Assembly (NCBI GenBank): GCA_963693095.2
Contig: OY843768.1
Span: 384,001 to 448,000 of the forward strand
DNA: 64,000 nucleotides
Source of the DNA: Cenarchaeum sp.
GTDB lineage: Archaea > Thermoproteota > Nitrososphaeria > Nitrososphaerales > Nitrosopumilaceae
Reading direction: 5' to 3'
Within the stretch, counting starts at the first letter, position 1, and each line of letters opens with the position of its first letter. A program made the translations under genes and the position numbers. The notes under the pieces are model-generated. The model made no database searches and had not been told where the DNA came from. It worked only from the letters and a program-made list of their open reading frames with translations. Positions 17,465 through 27,546 of the stretch are shown here, piece by piece.

Positions 17465-18547
17465 TTGATGGCGAAGACAGGGCGCATACTCGTCACCGGG
17501 GCACTCGTGGCCATCATGCTAATGTCAGCACCAATGGCCGCCTTTGCCCAGACAGCGCCACTGGCGCCACGCCTGGCAGTGACCGTTGACGCCGCCGGTC
17601 CGTACTCACAAGGGGACACAGTCACGGTATCTGGAACGATTCGAGAAGTGATTGACACGTCTCCGGATCTGACGATCAGGATACATCTCGTCCCCGAGGG
17701 AGAGGAATCTGCAGTAATACCGGCTCCAACCGGCCAGCGTATCCCGGCATTTGTAAAGGTGGCCCAGGTGCCAGCGTCCGAGCTAACCGACCTCTCGTTC
17801 ACCACAGAGATCAGGGTTGGTGGCCCGCAATGGAGCAGGTCTGGTGACTATATCGTATATGCGCAGTATGGCTCGTACAACGCACAGACGACGTTCAACT
17901 ATATCTCTGGTGCAGCATCCACACCAACGCCACCAACTCCGCCCGTCGTGGCGCCTGAACCAGAGCCCGTTGCGCCAGCGCCGCCGGCACCCGAGCCACC
18001 TGCGCCAGAGCCGATAATTCCACCGCCACCCCCACCGCCGCCGCCGCCACCACCACCGGCACCCACAACTGATCCACTCCCAACGCCAACATGCGGTCCG
18101 GGCACGTCGCTAGAGAATGGCGTCTGTGTTCCAGACGCAAGGCCTGGCGGCGCATGCCTCATAGCGACTGCGGCATATGGCACGGAGATGGCCGCCGAGG
18201 TTCAGATGCTGCGCGAACTGCGTGACACGACGCTGCTCGGGACGGGCTCGGGCTCGGCGTTCATGGCCGCGTTCAACGGCGTGTACTATACGTTCTCGCC
18301 GGCAGTCGCAGACCTCGAGAGGCAGAGCCCCGAGTTCAGGGAGGTCGTGCGCGCCCTCATCACGCCAATGATATCCTCGCTTGCGATAATGTCACTCGCC
18401 GACGGTGGCTCAGACGCCGACGTGCTCTCACTAGGCATGGCAGTCATTGCGCTCAATCTCGGCATGTATGTCGCCGCGCCGGCGGCTGCTGCCGTGGCGC
18501 TCAAAAAGGTCGCCTCTAGGCGCGCACGTGCGCACAATGCCCCCTAG
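17465..18547 (+). CDS. Secreted protein with an Ig-like domain, Pro-rich linker and CFI-box-CTERM domain
   Basis: Signal peptide, poly-Pro linker, CGPGTSLENGVC, GGACLIATAAYGTEMAAEVQMLRELRD and a C-terminal TM. Confidence 0.85.
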   Translation: MMAKTGRILVTGALVAIMLMSAPMAAFAQTAPLAPRLAVTVDAAGPYSQGDTVTVSGTIREVIDTSPDLTIRIHLVPEGEESAVIPAPTGQRIPAFVKVAQVPASELTDLSFTTEIRVGGPQWSRSGDYIVYAQYGSYNAQTTFNYISGAASTPTPPTPPVVAPEPEPVAPAPPAPEPPAPEPIIPPPPPPPPPPPPPAPTTDPLPTPTCGPGTSLENGVCVPDARPGGACLIATAAYGTEMAAEVQMLRELRDTTLLGTGSGSAFMAAFNGVYYTFSPAVADLERQSPEFREVVRALITPMISSLAIMSLADGGSDADVLSLGMAVIALNLGMYVAAPAAAAVALKKVASRRARAHNAP

Positions 18548-18580
18548 ATTATTATACACGTCCCGTGGGCGGGGTGCCTG

Positions 18581-18904
18581 ATGAACATAGAGTACGAGGA
18601 GTTTGGGACCGTCGAGGACATCTTTCTCTACATGTCAGCGGCGGCTGCGCCGATGAAGAACACGATGCCAATAAGCTCGTACAAGGGCTATGTCATGTCA
18701 TTCATACCGCTCAGCCCCGCCACGGGCGGCTCTTACCTCATGATCTACACAAAGGGCGAGCTCGAGCCGGGCATCTATGAGTTTGACGTCTCGACAAAGT
18801 CGCACAAGGTCGTAAAGTCGATCGAGCGCGCGGACAAGGTCTACTTTGTGGTCGTAAATCCAAAGCGCAACACGATCGCCGACACTGCGCTAAAGGGCCT
18901 ATAG
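18581..18904 (+). CDS. Conserved thaumarchaeal hypothetical protein
   Basis: Clean 107-aa ORF with a TATA-like TTATTATA upstream. Confidence 0.7.
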   Translation: MNIEYEEFGTVEDIFLYMSAAAAPMKNTMPISSYKGYVMSFIPLSPATGGSYLMIYTKGELEPGIYEFDVSTKSHKVVKSIERADKVYFVVVNPKRNTIADTALKGL

Positions 18905-18978
18905 CCCCCAAACCTGCCTTGTGTACTTGCTGGACTGGAATGCATCCATCGCGCCGAGCCCATGCTCGCGCTGGAACC

Positions 18979-20562
18979 CTATAGCCTCTTTGTCTCTATC
19001 TTTGGGGCCGAGACTGACCTGCTACGGGCGTGCGACTCGATCACCTCATCAGGCGTCCGCCCGTTAAAGAGGTTCTTGCAGAGCCCGCGCAGGTAGCGCA
19101 GTATGGCCCACGTTCCGGCCTTTATGAGGCCGTACATGAAGACCTTCATCGGCGGCCCGTAGGACTTGTTTCGCAGGATTATGGGGATAATGTCGTTGAT
19201 CACGCGAAGGTTGTTCTCCCAGCACTTCCAAAAGAGCGTGAACTGCGCCTCATTGAGGTTGCCAAAGTGCATCGAGTTGCGCTCGCCAAAGTCCTGGTAC
19301 AGCAGGGGCGCAACGAGGCCCCTAAAGTCACTCGCCCTAAAGTCGGCCATCATGTCAAGCGTGTACTGGACGTCATCGGGAGTCTCATCGGGCCAGCCGA
19401 TTATTATCGTCGCTGCCGGAAACCAGTGGTTGGCGTTGAGTATGCGCGCGCCCTCGCGCACGACGCTGCCCCACTCCTCTGGCCTGAACGGCCGCGTCTT
19501 TACGCCAAGGTGCTTTTTGACCATGTCTGGCGAGACAGTCTCTATGCCGAGGTTCGTCGCAAGCCAGCGCCCGCCCTTGTCCATCTCGTTTATCCTAGAG
19601 ATGTCTGCCATTAGGTCGGGATCCGCCGCAACTGCAGAGAACGTCATGTGCGTCGTGCCGACAAAGTTTGCGCCAAGGCCCTTGAGGCCCGCCCAGAGGT
19701 CAGTTATCGCGTCACGGTTTGGCCTAAAGTCGCGGTTGTCGCACCCGTAAAGGAGCATCTCATCAGAATGGAGCCAGACGGAGTCAAACCCATAGTCGAG
19801 GTTTATCTGCGCCTCGCGCTGGAGCCTCTCGGGCGGAAGGTCCTTCTTTGAGCGCTTGTTGACGTCGCAAAAGTCGCACCCGCGCCCGCACCCGCGCATG
19901 GCCTCTATGAGCGAGTTGACAGTCGGCTTTTTTATCTCCGGGATGTTCTGTATGTTCTTGACAAAGCAGTGCATGATCTCCGGCGCACCGCCGGCCTCAA
20001 GGTCGTGAAAGAGGTCAAGGGCAAGCTCGTCGGCCTCGCCGACGACGACGGTGTCGATTCCATGGACGCGCATCCTGTCGGGCTTTGCGAGCTCCCAGGC
20101 GCCGTTGCCCCCGACGACGACGTGAAAGCCGTGCTTCTTTTTGAGCTGTATGATAGTCGCGCACATGCGCTTGAACTTCATCGCGATGTATGAGAGCTTT
20201 TCCGGGGACATCGTAGTCGTCACGGGAGCCATGCCGAGGGGATCCATGACGTTTATCCCGACGACCTTTGTGTTGGGCCCTATGGACTTTGTGAGCTGCT
20301 CGGGGTTTGCGACAAAGACCTCGTCCTTGTCGTAGCCCTGGTGGAGCGCGCTCTCGACCCTGCGCAGGCCGATCTGCGCAACCTTTGCCTCACCAGTCAC
20401 GGGATCCGTCTCGACTGCGGGGCAGAAGACCTTGTCAAAGACCCACTCGGGCAGAACCTCATATGGCCCGCACGCGATAAACCCGTACAGAAAGTTGCCC
20501 CGATAGTTGGTCATGAGGCTGCGGTCTGCAGTCAGGACTATGCGTTTTCCGTCCAACGGCAA
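18979..20562 (-). CDS. Radical SAM protein, GDGT ring synthase (GrsA/GrsB) family
   Basis: CGRGCDFC motif and a B12-like N-terminal domain. The N-terminal pattern IVLTADRSLMTNY...GF...P...GLRRVE...VVGG.GAW matches Sulfolobales Grs as recalled. Confidence 0.8.
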   Translation of the reverse strand: MPLDGKRIVLTADRSLMTNYRGNFLYGFIACGPYEVLPEWVFDKVFCPAVETDPVTGEAKVAQIGLRRVESALHQGYDKDEVFVANPEQLTKSIGPNTKVVGINVMDPLGMAPVTTTMSPEKLSYIAMKFKRMCATIIQLKKKHGFHVVVGGNGAWELAKPDRMRVHGIDTVVVGEADELALDLFHDLEAGGAPEIMHCFVKNIQNIPEIKKPTVNSLIEAMRGCGRGCDFCDVNKRSKKDLPPERLQREAQINLDYGFDSVWLHSDEMLLYGCDNRDFRPNRDAITDLWAGLKGLGANFVGTTHMTFSAVAADPDLMADISRINEMDKGGRWLATNLGIETVSPDMVKKHLGVKTRPFRPEEWGSVVREGARILNANHWFPAATIIIGWPDETPDDVQYTLDMMADFRASDFRGLVAPLLYQDFGERNSMHFGNLNEAQFTLFWKCWENNLRVINDIIPIILRNKSYGPPMKVFMYGLIKAGTWAILRYLRGLCKNLFNGRTPDEVIESHARSRSVSAPKIETKRL

Positions 20563-20672
20563 AAAGCCCTCCGCGCATTCTATATATCACTTGCCTACGA
20601 TATGCACGCGTGGGCGCCCCCAGGGGAACCGCCGCCTCTTTAAATAATGGCGCTCGTGGGCGCCGCCCGCAG

Positions 20673-21224
20673 ATGGAGTACAAGACGCGCTACCCGCGGA
20701 CGGTCTCGTTTCTTGGGGACGTGCGCGAGCAGATACGCGCAGACCCAAAGACCGGCGTCGCGCAGCTCGAGCTAGTCGTCAGGAAGAACATCGACGAGCT
20801 CTTTGGGATATTTGCGAGCGAGGGCTTCAAGCGCGTCTCCCTTGAGCACAAGAGGCCCAACCAGATCGGCCATGGCCTCTGCCTAAAGCTCGCCAAGCCC
20901 TGGGAGCTCCATGTCCGGATGACGGCGATCAGGGACGGCCTCGTGGCGATACACTCTGAAGTCGAGGTCTCGCGCGACTATCTCCAGCACACGTTCAGCC
21001 AGAGAACGCACGTCATATACGAGGTCGCCGACATGCTCCAGAGGCACAGCGTGGAGTATCGCATATGGAGCCGCAGCCTCAAAAAGTACGTCGCTAGCGT
21101 GATAGACGACTATCGCGTGAGGCTCGCCTCGCCGGCATTTCCGGCCTTTGCGTGGAAGCCGATGCTCTTTGTCATCGCTACTGTGAGCATCATGTACCTG
21201 TGGAAGTACATCAACACGATATAG
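20673..21224 (+). CDS. Conserved hypothetical protein with a C-terminal TM helix
   Basis: ATG about 30 nt after TTTAAATA; C-terminal hydrophobic helix. Confidence 0.7.
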   Translation: MEYKTRYPRTVSFLGDVREQIRADPKTGVAQLELVVRKNIDELFGIFASEGFKRVSLEHKRPNQIGHGLCLKLAKPWELHVRMTAIRDGLVAIHSEVEVSRDYLQHTFSQRTHVIYEVADMLQRHSVEYRIWSRSLKKYVASVIDDYRVRLASPAFPAFAWKPMLFVIATVSIMYLWKYINTI

Positions 21225-21231
21225 GGTGTAG

Positions 21232-21324
21232 TGCCGGAGGTGGGTTTCGAACCCACGACCTCCAGATTATGAGTATTGCCTCTGGTGTGGACTGGCACTC
21301 TAGGCCAGGCTGAGCTACTCCGGC
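21232..21324 (-). tRNA. tRNA-Met(CAT), elongator type, with a non-canonical 17-nt intron at 30/31 (21275-21291)
   Basis: GCCGGAG/CTCCGGC acceptor; CCAG[intron]A-CT-CAT-AA-TCTGG anticodon arm; BHB GAG-TGCC-AG|T...GGCA-AT|A-CTC. Confidence 0.9.
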
Positions 21325-21377
21325 ACGATAGCGCGCGCGACAGGGTGGCAAATTAAACCATTCCCTCCCCCGCGCGG

Positions 21378-22949
21378 CTAGTACATGCGCTTTACCTTTT
21401 TCCAGGGGGTCTTTTCGTCCTGAACCCAGAGGAACTTGCGCTGGAGGGCGCCCGTGTAGACCTTTTCCCAGTTCGCGCCGACCTCGTCTATCCACGCCTT
21501 GAAGACACGGGGGTCGACATAGTTGCGCAGCGACGTTCCGAGGTTATAGTCACTCGTCCTCTCGGCCAGGTCGAGCTGCATCTTTAGGCGCTCTATCCTC
21601 TCGGCCTTTTTCTCGGCCTGCTTGGGTGTCTTTGTCGCCTTTGCCCTGGCGTTCTTGAGCGTCTCGCGCTTTTTCTCTAGCGACTTTGCAAACGTCTTGG
21701 GTATCGTCCTCTTGTGGTTTAGCATCTTTGCGGCCTCGAGGTTTGCCAGCTTTGCGTGATAGACCTTTGTGTTTGCCGACTTTGAGGTGATGTTGGCGTG
21801 GGCGGCGAGGTACGAGTTGACGATGTTGGAGCCCAGGTACGTCCTGAACACCTTGGCCGAGACGCCCTTTACGATGCCTGACAGGTACACATTGACGTTG
21901 CGCGACGTAATGCCGGCAAATATCTCCTCGCCGGCTCCCTTGCCCTCCATGAGGGACTTTAGGTTGTCGCGAAACTGCGTGTCATCGCCCACCTTTAGCG
22001 TCTCGGTCCACCTCACGCTGTCCTTGCCCAAAAAGTCAAACTCGATGGTGTCCTTGCCGACCTTTACGTGCTCCTTTCTGAGCGTCGTGGCGCCGACGGT
22101 GTCAGCCTCGTCTGAGTCCTTTTCGTCGCCGACCCTCATCGCCGTGCGGTATATGAGATAGCAGACCGTCGCGACGTTGCGAACCCTCTCGTTTCGGCTT
22201 GCCATGTCCTTTATCATGCTCTTCCTGACTGCGTCGATCTTGCCTGACAGCGTGACGGCCTTGTCGTACTTTGCCCTGTCACGATCCTGCTTTAGGGACA
22301 CGGTGTCGGCAAACCAGATGTACTTTGCCTTTTTTGTGAGGCCGTCGGTCCAGCACGCAAGCCATATCGAGTCTGGCTTGCAGACGATCTTTTTCCAGTC
22401 GCCCGGCGGGCGTGCTGCCTTTTTGCCCATGTTTAGCGTGACGTCCCTGTGCGAGATTGCGGCCTTCCACTTTCCCCTAAATGGGTGCGCGCCGCGCCCT
22501 ATGAATATGCCCGGCGGCTCGGCCATATAGTTGCCGACATCGACATCCTTGCCGTCAAGGACCGCCTTGCCATACTTTGCTTTTAGCTCCTCGCGGACGG
22601 CCTTTCTTCTCCTTGCGAGCTCCTTGCGCTCCTCCTTTGTCATGCGTTCACGGGCCTCCTTTTCGCCATCGACTAGCCTGTATGCGGCCGTAAAGTCGAT
22701 CTCGCCATACTTGAGGCCGCGGTACTCTGGTCCCAGCTCGCGCGCAAAGTCGGCCGTAAAGTTTTTCTGAAAGACGGCATCCTGCACGTACGGCGTGTCC
22801 TTTTTCTTGGCCCACTGGTATGCCATCTCCTCGGCAAGCGTTCCCAGCCTTGTCTCCTTGCCGCGAATCCTTACCGTGATCCCCTTTGTCTCAAATGGGG
22901 GCGGAAAGAGTATGCCGTTGTGCTCGAGCGTCTTCCACCTCATGCGCAC
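21378..22949 (-). CDS. DNA topoisomerase IB (eukaryote-like)
   Basis: WKTLEHNG, MRVGDEKD..EADTVG, FDFLGKDS, SAKVFRTY, LNHKR and GTSLRNYVDPR (catalytic Tyr) motifs. Confidence 0.96.
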   Translation of the reverse strand: MRMRWKTLEHNGILFPPPFETKGITVRIRGKETRLGTLAEEMAYQWAKKKDTPYVQDAVFQKNFTADFARELGPEYRGLKYGEIDFTAAYRLVDGEKEARERMTKEERKELARRRKAVREELKAKYGKAVLDGKDVDVGNYMAEPPGIFIGRGAHPFRGKWKAAISHRDVTLNMGKKAARPPGDWKKIVCKPDSIWLACWTDGLTKKAKYIWFADTVSLKQDRDRAKYDKAVTLSGKIDAVRKSMIKDMASRNERVRNVATVCYLIYRTAMRVGDEKDSDEADTVGATTLRKEHVKVGKDTIEFDFLGKDSVRWTETLKVGDDTQFRDNLKSLMEGKGAGEEIFAGITSRNVNVYLSGIVKGVSAKVFRTYLGSNIVNSYLAAHANITSKSANTKVYHAKLANLEAAKMLNHKRTIPKTFAKSLEKKRETLKNARAKATKTPKQAEKKAERIERLKMQLDLAERTSDYNLGTSLRNYVDPRVFKAWIDEVGANWEKVYTGALQRKFLWVQDEKTPWKKVKRMY

Positions 22950-23009
22950 ATGCCATCCGTTGCCAACTGGCGAAAATTCGCCGACATTGCGTATATCAAC
23001 TTAGCGAGG

Positions 23010-23531
23010 CTAGGCGAGCTCGGCGCTTCCAAACAGAACACTGAACGGCTCGCACCATATGAGAACCGTGCCATACATTGAGATGTCAGTGCCCTCGGGT
23101 ATCTCATAGTTTTGGTTGCCGCGGTTGGCCTTGAGGTCCCCGAGGTCAACATAGTCCGAGGCCTCTGTGTCCACCGAGAGGTACACGCGAAGGCCCGGCC
23201 CGTTGGTGGAGAAAAAGTCCTCTAGCCTGAGTATCTCGCCGCCTGAGCCGGCCAGCTCGAGCACCTTGGCGGTCCCGCGCGCGTCATGGATGCCATCACC
23301 CACGCCCACGAACGTTCCCGAGTATGACGCCATGGGCCCATCGACCATGGGCTCGCCGGCCATCCCCTCAGTACCAATGCCCTCGGACATCTCGACCATG
23401 TCTGATGCCATGATGACATCGGGGAGCGCCTCGTCTATGGTCGACTCGGTAAAGTATGGGCTCACCGCATATATCGCGCCGCCCCCGACTGCTATTGCGA
23501 TAACTGCCGCAACTATGCCTGCACGCCTCAT
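23010..23531 (-). CDS. DM13-domain protein with an N-terminal membrane anchor
   Basis: SGTFVGVGDGIHDARG...LRLEDF.STNGPGL.VYLS...LK...GNQNY...IWCEPFSVLFG. Confidence 0.85.
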   Translation of the reverse strand: MRRAGIVAAVIAIAVGGGAIYAVSPYFTESTIDEALPDVIMASDMVEMSEGIGTEGMAGEPMVDGPMASYSGTFVGVGDGIHDARGTAKVLELAGSGGEILRLEDFFSTNGPGLRVYLSVDTEASDYVDLGDLKANRGNQNYEIPEGTDISMYGTVLIWCEPFSVLFGSAELA

Positions 23532-23676
23532 TGCGCGCACGTGGGCCGGATTTGGATATAAACCAAGCGTGCCTGCGGCGCCATCTCCCTCCAAACCCCG
23601 AGGCCGCACGCGTATGGGGGCAGTCCGCAAACCAGCATAAACACAAATACCTAGCACCGTTCACGGCGGAATCAAG

Positions 23677-24624
23677 TTGATCCCGCTTCCCACCGCACCG
23701 CGAGGCCGCCAAGAGGGCAGGGCCGGCGAGCCGGTCACGGGCACGCCGCTCCTAAAGCGCGGCTTTGCGCACATGCTCAAGGGCGGCGTCGTCATGGACG
23801 TCACGACAGTCGAGCAGGCGCAAGTCGCCGAGCAGGCCGGCGCCGTCTCGGTCATGGTTCTTGACAAGCTCCCGTCTGATGTCCGCAAGGCCGGCGGCGT
23901 TGCGCGCACGGCTAGCGTTCGCGTCATACGCGAGATCATGGACTCGGTGACGATTCCCGTGATGGCAAAGTGCCGCATAGGCCACGTCCATGAGGCCGGC
24001 GTGCTCGCCGAGGCAGACGTTGACATGATAGACGAGTCGGAGGTTCTCACGCCGGCTGATGAGCGCCACCACATATGGAAGTGGAACTATGACACGCCAT
24101 TTGTCAATGGCGCGCGCTCACTAGGCGAGGCACTGAGGCGGATAGAGGAGGGCGCATCGATGATCCGCACAAAGGGCGAGCCCGGCACGGGCAACGTGGC
24201 CGAGGCGATCACGCACATAAAGGCGGTAAACGACGGCATACGCAGCATACGCGCAATGCTAGAGGATGGTGATGCGCAGGAGATCATCAGGGCATCGCGC
24301 GACCTTGGCGCCTCATACGAGCTCGTCGAGCAGACTGCGAAACTCGGTCGCCTCCCTGTCGTCAACTTTGCGGCAGGCGGAATAGCCACGCCGGCTGATG
24401 CGGCGTACCTCATGTCACTTGGCTGTGACGGGATATTTGTCGGCTCGGGGATATTCAAGGCCGAGGACGCCCTGGAGCGGGCGCGCGCCGTTGTCCTTGC
24501 GACCACGTTCTGGCGGGATCCCGCGCGCGTCCTGGAGGCCCAGGGGATGATCGACGAGCGCAGCTCGATGGCGGGCCTCGACGTCGCAAGCCTCGAGCTG
24601 CGCATGCAGGAGAGGGGCGAGTAG
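23677..24624 (+). CDS. pdxS: Pyridoxal 5'-phosphate synthase lyase subunit
   Basis: [29 protein letters not shown] and [13 protein letters not shown] motifs. Confidence 0.97.
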   Translation: MIPLPTAPRGRQEGRAGEPVTGTPLLKRGFAHMLKGGVVMDVTTVEQAQVAEQAGAVSVMVLDKLPSDVRKAGGVARTASVRVIREIMDSVTIPVMAKCRIGHVHEAGVLAEADVDMIDESEVLTPADERHHIWKWNYDTPFVNGARSLGEALRRIEEGASMIRTKGEPGTGNVAEAITHIKAVNDGIRSIRAMLEDGDAQEIIRASRDLGASYELVEQTAKLGRLPVVNFAAGGIATPADAAYLMSLGCDGIFVGSGIFKAEDALERARAVVLATTFWRDPARVLEAQGMIDERSSMAGLDVASLELRMQERGE

Positions 24625-25223
24625 TGGTGCGCATAGGCGTCCTTGCTACACAGGGCGACGTTGATGAGAACGTTGCGGCCGCACGCGATGCGCTCGGTGA
24701 CCCCGGCGGCGCCGTTCGTGTGGGCACGCCCTCAGAGATCGACACAGTGGACGCGCTCATCATACCGGGGGGAGAGAGCACGGCGATAGGCCCGCTCTCC
24801 GAGATCGCCGGCGCGATGCGCGCGATCGCGCGCAGGGCAGAGGCAGACTCGATGCCCATTCTTGGCATATGCGCAGGCCTCGTCCTCATTGGGGCCTCGG
24901 CGCGTGACCGCGTTGCGGGAGCCGGCGCGACGCCGCTTGGCCTCATCGACGTCGACGTTGAGCGCAACTCGTTTGGGCGCCAGCGCAACTCGTTTGAGGC
25001 GAGTGTGTCAATTCCAGGGCTGGGCATAGATGGTATCGTGGGCGCCTTTATCCGCGCGCCGACTGTCTCGCGCGCCGGTGACGGAGTTGAGGTCCTGGCC
25101 CGACTAGGCGAGAAGATAGTCGCGGTTCGCCAGGGCAACGCCATAGGCGTGTCGTTTCATGCCGAGCTTGGCAGCTCGGAGCTGCACCGCAGCTTTGCCA
25201 ACATTGCCGCAGGAACCGCCTAG
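24624..25223 (+). CDS. pdxT: Pyridoxal 5'-phosphate synthase glutaminase subunit
   Basis: IPGGEST, GICAG, RNSFGRQ, FIRAP and FHAEL motifs. Confidence 0.95.
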   Translation: MVRIGVLATQGDVDENVAAARDALGDPGGAVRVGTPSEIDTVDALIIPGGESTAIGPLSEIAGAMRAIARRAEADSMPILGICAGLVLIGASARDRVAGAGATPLGLIDVDVERNSFGRQRNSFEASVSIPGLGIDGIVGAFIRAPTVSRAGDGVEVLARLGEKIVAVRQGNAIGVSFHAELGSSELHRSFANIAAGTA

Positions 25224-27541
25224 CGGGCCTGCAGGCCGTGCATGGGAACAAGGTCGGCTGCATATTTTGCGAGGTCGGCGGGAATCTCCATGTCTATTGT
25301 GTCCTTTAGCGAGAGGCCGCGGCGCTTTTTCTCGTTCCAGACTGACGAGTTGAACTCTGTTATGGCCCGCGTCACCTCGCGCATCGAGCGCGCGCCCTGC
25401 GGTGAGGGCATGGACTCTGTGTGTATGCTTTTGCTCGAATAGAGGCTGCGCCATAGGTGGTCCGTTATGAACGGCGTGATCGGCGCGAGGAGGCGCAGGA
25501 CCGTGGAGAGGACCGTGTGGAGGGTGTGGCGTGCGGCATCGCGCCCCGCGTCATCAAAGCCATCCCCATACGCGCGCGCCTTTGCCATCTCTACATAGTG
25601 CGCCGCAAACGTTCCCTTTACAAACTCCCTGACTGCAACTGCGGGAACGAAAAAGTTGTGCTCCGCATATGCGGAGGCGCACTCGGAGACGAGCGCGTCA
25701 AGCTCGCCGAGTATCCACGTGTCAGTCGCGCCTGCAGCGCCTGCGCCCTCGCCGGGGTCGGGGAACGCCGAGACGAGGCGCGCAACGTTCCATATCTTGC
25801 TGAGGGACTTTTTGGTCGACTCGATCTTTTCCTCATCGCACCTAAAGTCCTGCCCGTGGCCGGCCTCGCACGCGCTCCAGAACCGAAACGTGTCTGCGCC
25901 CACGCGCCTGATGAGCGGGAGGGGGTCGACGACGTTGCCGCGGCTCTTGCTCATCTTGCCGCCGCGCGAGTCGAGGCCATACCCCATCACCCATGCCTCG
26001 GCCCACGGGGCCTTGCCCGTCAGCTGGTCGCAGCGAAGGAGCGTATAGTAGAGCCACGTGCGCACAATGTCCTTGCCCTGCGGCCTCACGGCAGCCGGAT
26101 ATGCCGCCGCAAAGAGCTTTTCATCGCGCCCGTATCCGGCAATAAAGAGGGGCGAGACGCTAGAGTCCATCCACGTGTCAAACGTGCGCGTCTCGCCGGC
26201 GAGCGCACCGCCGCACCTTGTGCACTCTGGCCAGGGCGCCTTTTCTGCCCACGGGCGGACGTACTTGCCCGGCTCGGGGACGTGGGCCTCGTCGCATGAC
26301 TCGCAGCGCCATATGGGTATCTCGGTCCCATAGTAGCGCCGGCGGGATATGGGCCAGTCTATTGCCACCGAGTCAAGCCAGTTGTGGAGTATCTGCCTGT
26401 GCGACTCTGGCCTAAACGTGATCCGCGCGGCAAGCTCGCGCATACGGTCCAGCGCGTCGAGCTGCCGCAGGTAATACTCCTCGAGCGGGACTATCTCTAT
26501 GGGGTTTTTGGTGCGCTCAGAGACTGGAACGCTGTGCCGTATCCTCTCGCTCTTTGTGATCGTTCCGGCCTCCTCGAGGTCGGCAATGATCTTTGCGCGG
26601 GCCTGCTTTGGGCGCAGGCCGGCGTACTTGCCGGCCGCCTCTGTCATCCTGCCATCAAGGCCGATCGAGGCGACCTCCTCGAGGCCAAGCTCGCGAAAGA
26701 GCGCAACGTCGTTCTGGTCGCCATAGCTGCAGACCATGACGGCACCGGACCCAAACTCCGCCTTTGCTGACGGGTGCGCGAGAATCTTGACGGTGTTGCC
26801 AAATATCGGCACCGTCGCGCCCTTGCCTATGCTGCCGGCATGGCGCGCGTCCTCGGCGTTTACGACTATGGCGCGGCACGCGCAGAGGAGCTCGGGCCGC
26901 GTGCTGGCTATCGTGATGGACCGCCCGCCCTCCACGGCAAAGTCCATGTGAACCAGGTCAGTCTCGGCGTCAGCGTGCGCAACCTCGGCGTCAGCGACGC
27001 TAGTTCCGGCCACCCAGTCATAGTTTGTGGGCCGCGTGGCGATATAGACCATGCCGCGCCTCCACAGGTCTATGAACGTCGCCTGCGTGAGGGCGCGGTA
27101 CTCGGCCGAGTCGGTCCTGTAGCGCCCCGAAATGTCAGCCGATATGCCAAGTGACTCTAGCGTCATGGCCATCTCCTCCTCTAGGTCGTCAAGTGACTCG
27201 GCGCAGAGCCTGATGAACTCGCCGCGCTCAGTCTCGGCCATGCGGATTCCGTGCTTTTTCTCCGTGTACAGCTCGACGGGGAGGCCGTTGCGGTCTATGC
27301 CGAGCGCAAAATAGACGTTCTTGCCGGCCATGCGCTCGGTGCGCGCTATCATGTCGATCTGCGCATAGTGGGCCGCGGCCCCAACGTGCCATGGCCTGCC
27401 GGAGGGGTACGGGGGCGGCGTGTCAATGGTGTAGCACCTCTCGCCGGCCCTAAACTCGCATATGCGCTCGGCGGCCCATGCCTCAAGGAGCGGCGCCTCT
27501 AGTGCGGGATCCCACGCCTTTTGGCTGATGCGCGGCTCCAC
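25220..27541 (-). CDS. valS: Valyl-tRNA synthetase
   Basis: DTPPPYPSG..HVG, DWPISRRR, DTWMDSS and KMSKS motifs. Confidence 0.95.
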   Translation of the reverse strand: MEPRISQKAWDPALEAPLLEAWAAERICEFRAGERCYTIDTPPPYPSGRPWHVGAAAHYAQIDMIARTERMAGKNVYFALGIDRNGLPVELYTEKKHGIRMAETERGEFIRLCAESLDDLEEEMAMTLESLGISADISGRYRTDSAEYRALTQATFIDLWRRGMVYIATRPTNYDWVAGTSVADAEVAHADAETDLVHMDFAVEGGRSITIASTRPELLCACRAIVVNAEDARHAGSIGKGATVPIFGNTVKILAHPSAKAEFGSGAVMVCSYGDQNDVALFRELGLEEVASIGLDGRMTEAAGKYAGLRPKQARAKIIADLEEAGTITKSERIRHSVPVSERTKNPIEIVPLEEYYLRQLDALDRMRELAARITFRPESHRQILHNWLDSVAIDWPISRRRYYGTEIPIWRCESCDEAHVPEPGKYVRPWAEKAPWPECTRCGGALAGETRTFDTWMDSSVSPLFIAGYGRDEKLFAAAYPAAVRPQGKDIVRTWLYYTLLRCDQLTGKAPWAEAWVMGYGLDSRGGKMSKSRGNVVDPLPLIRRVGADTFRFWSACEAGHGQDFRCDEEKIESTKKSLSKIWNVARLVSAFPDPGEGAGAAGATDTWILGELDALVSECASAYAEHNFFVPAVAVREFVKGTFAAHYVEMAKARAYGDGFDDAGRDAARHTLHTVLSTVLRLLAPITPFITDHLWRSLYSSKSIHTESMPSPQGARSMREVTRAITEFNSSVWNEKKRRGLSLKDTIDMEIPADLAKYAADLVPMHGLQAR

Positions 27542-27546
27542 CGGAA

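Noticed and set aside
17920-18090. CCG/CCA-rich simple repeat as a phase-variation tract
   Set aside because: It encodes an in-frame poly-proline linker with mixed codons, typical of these secreted proteins.
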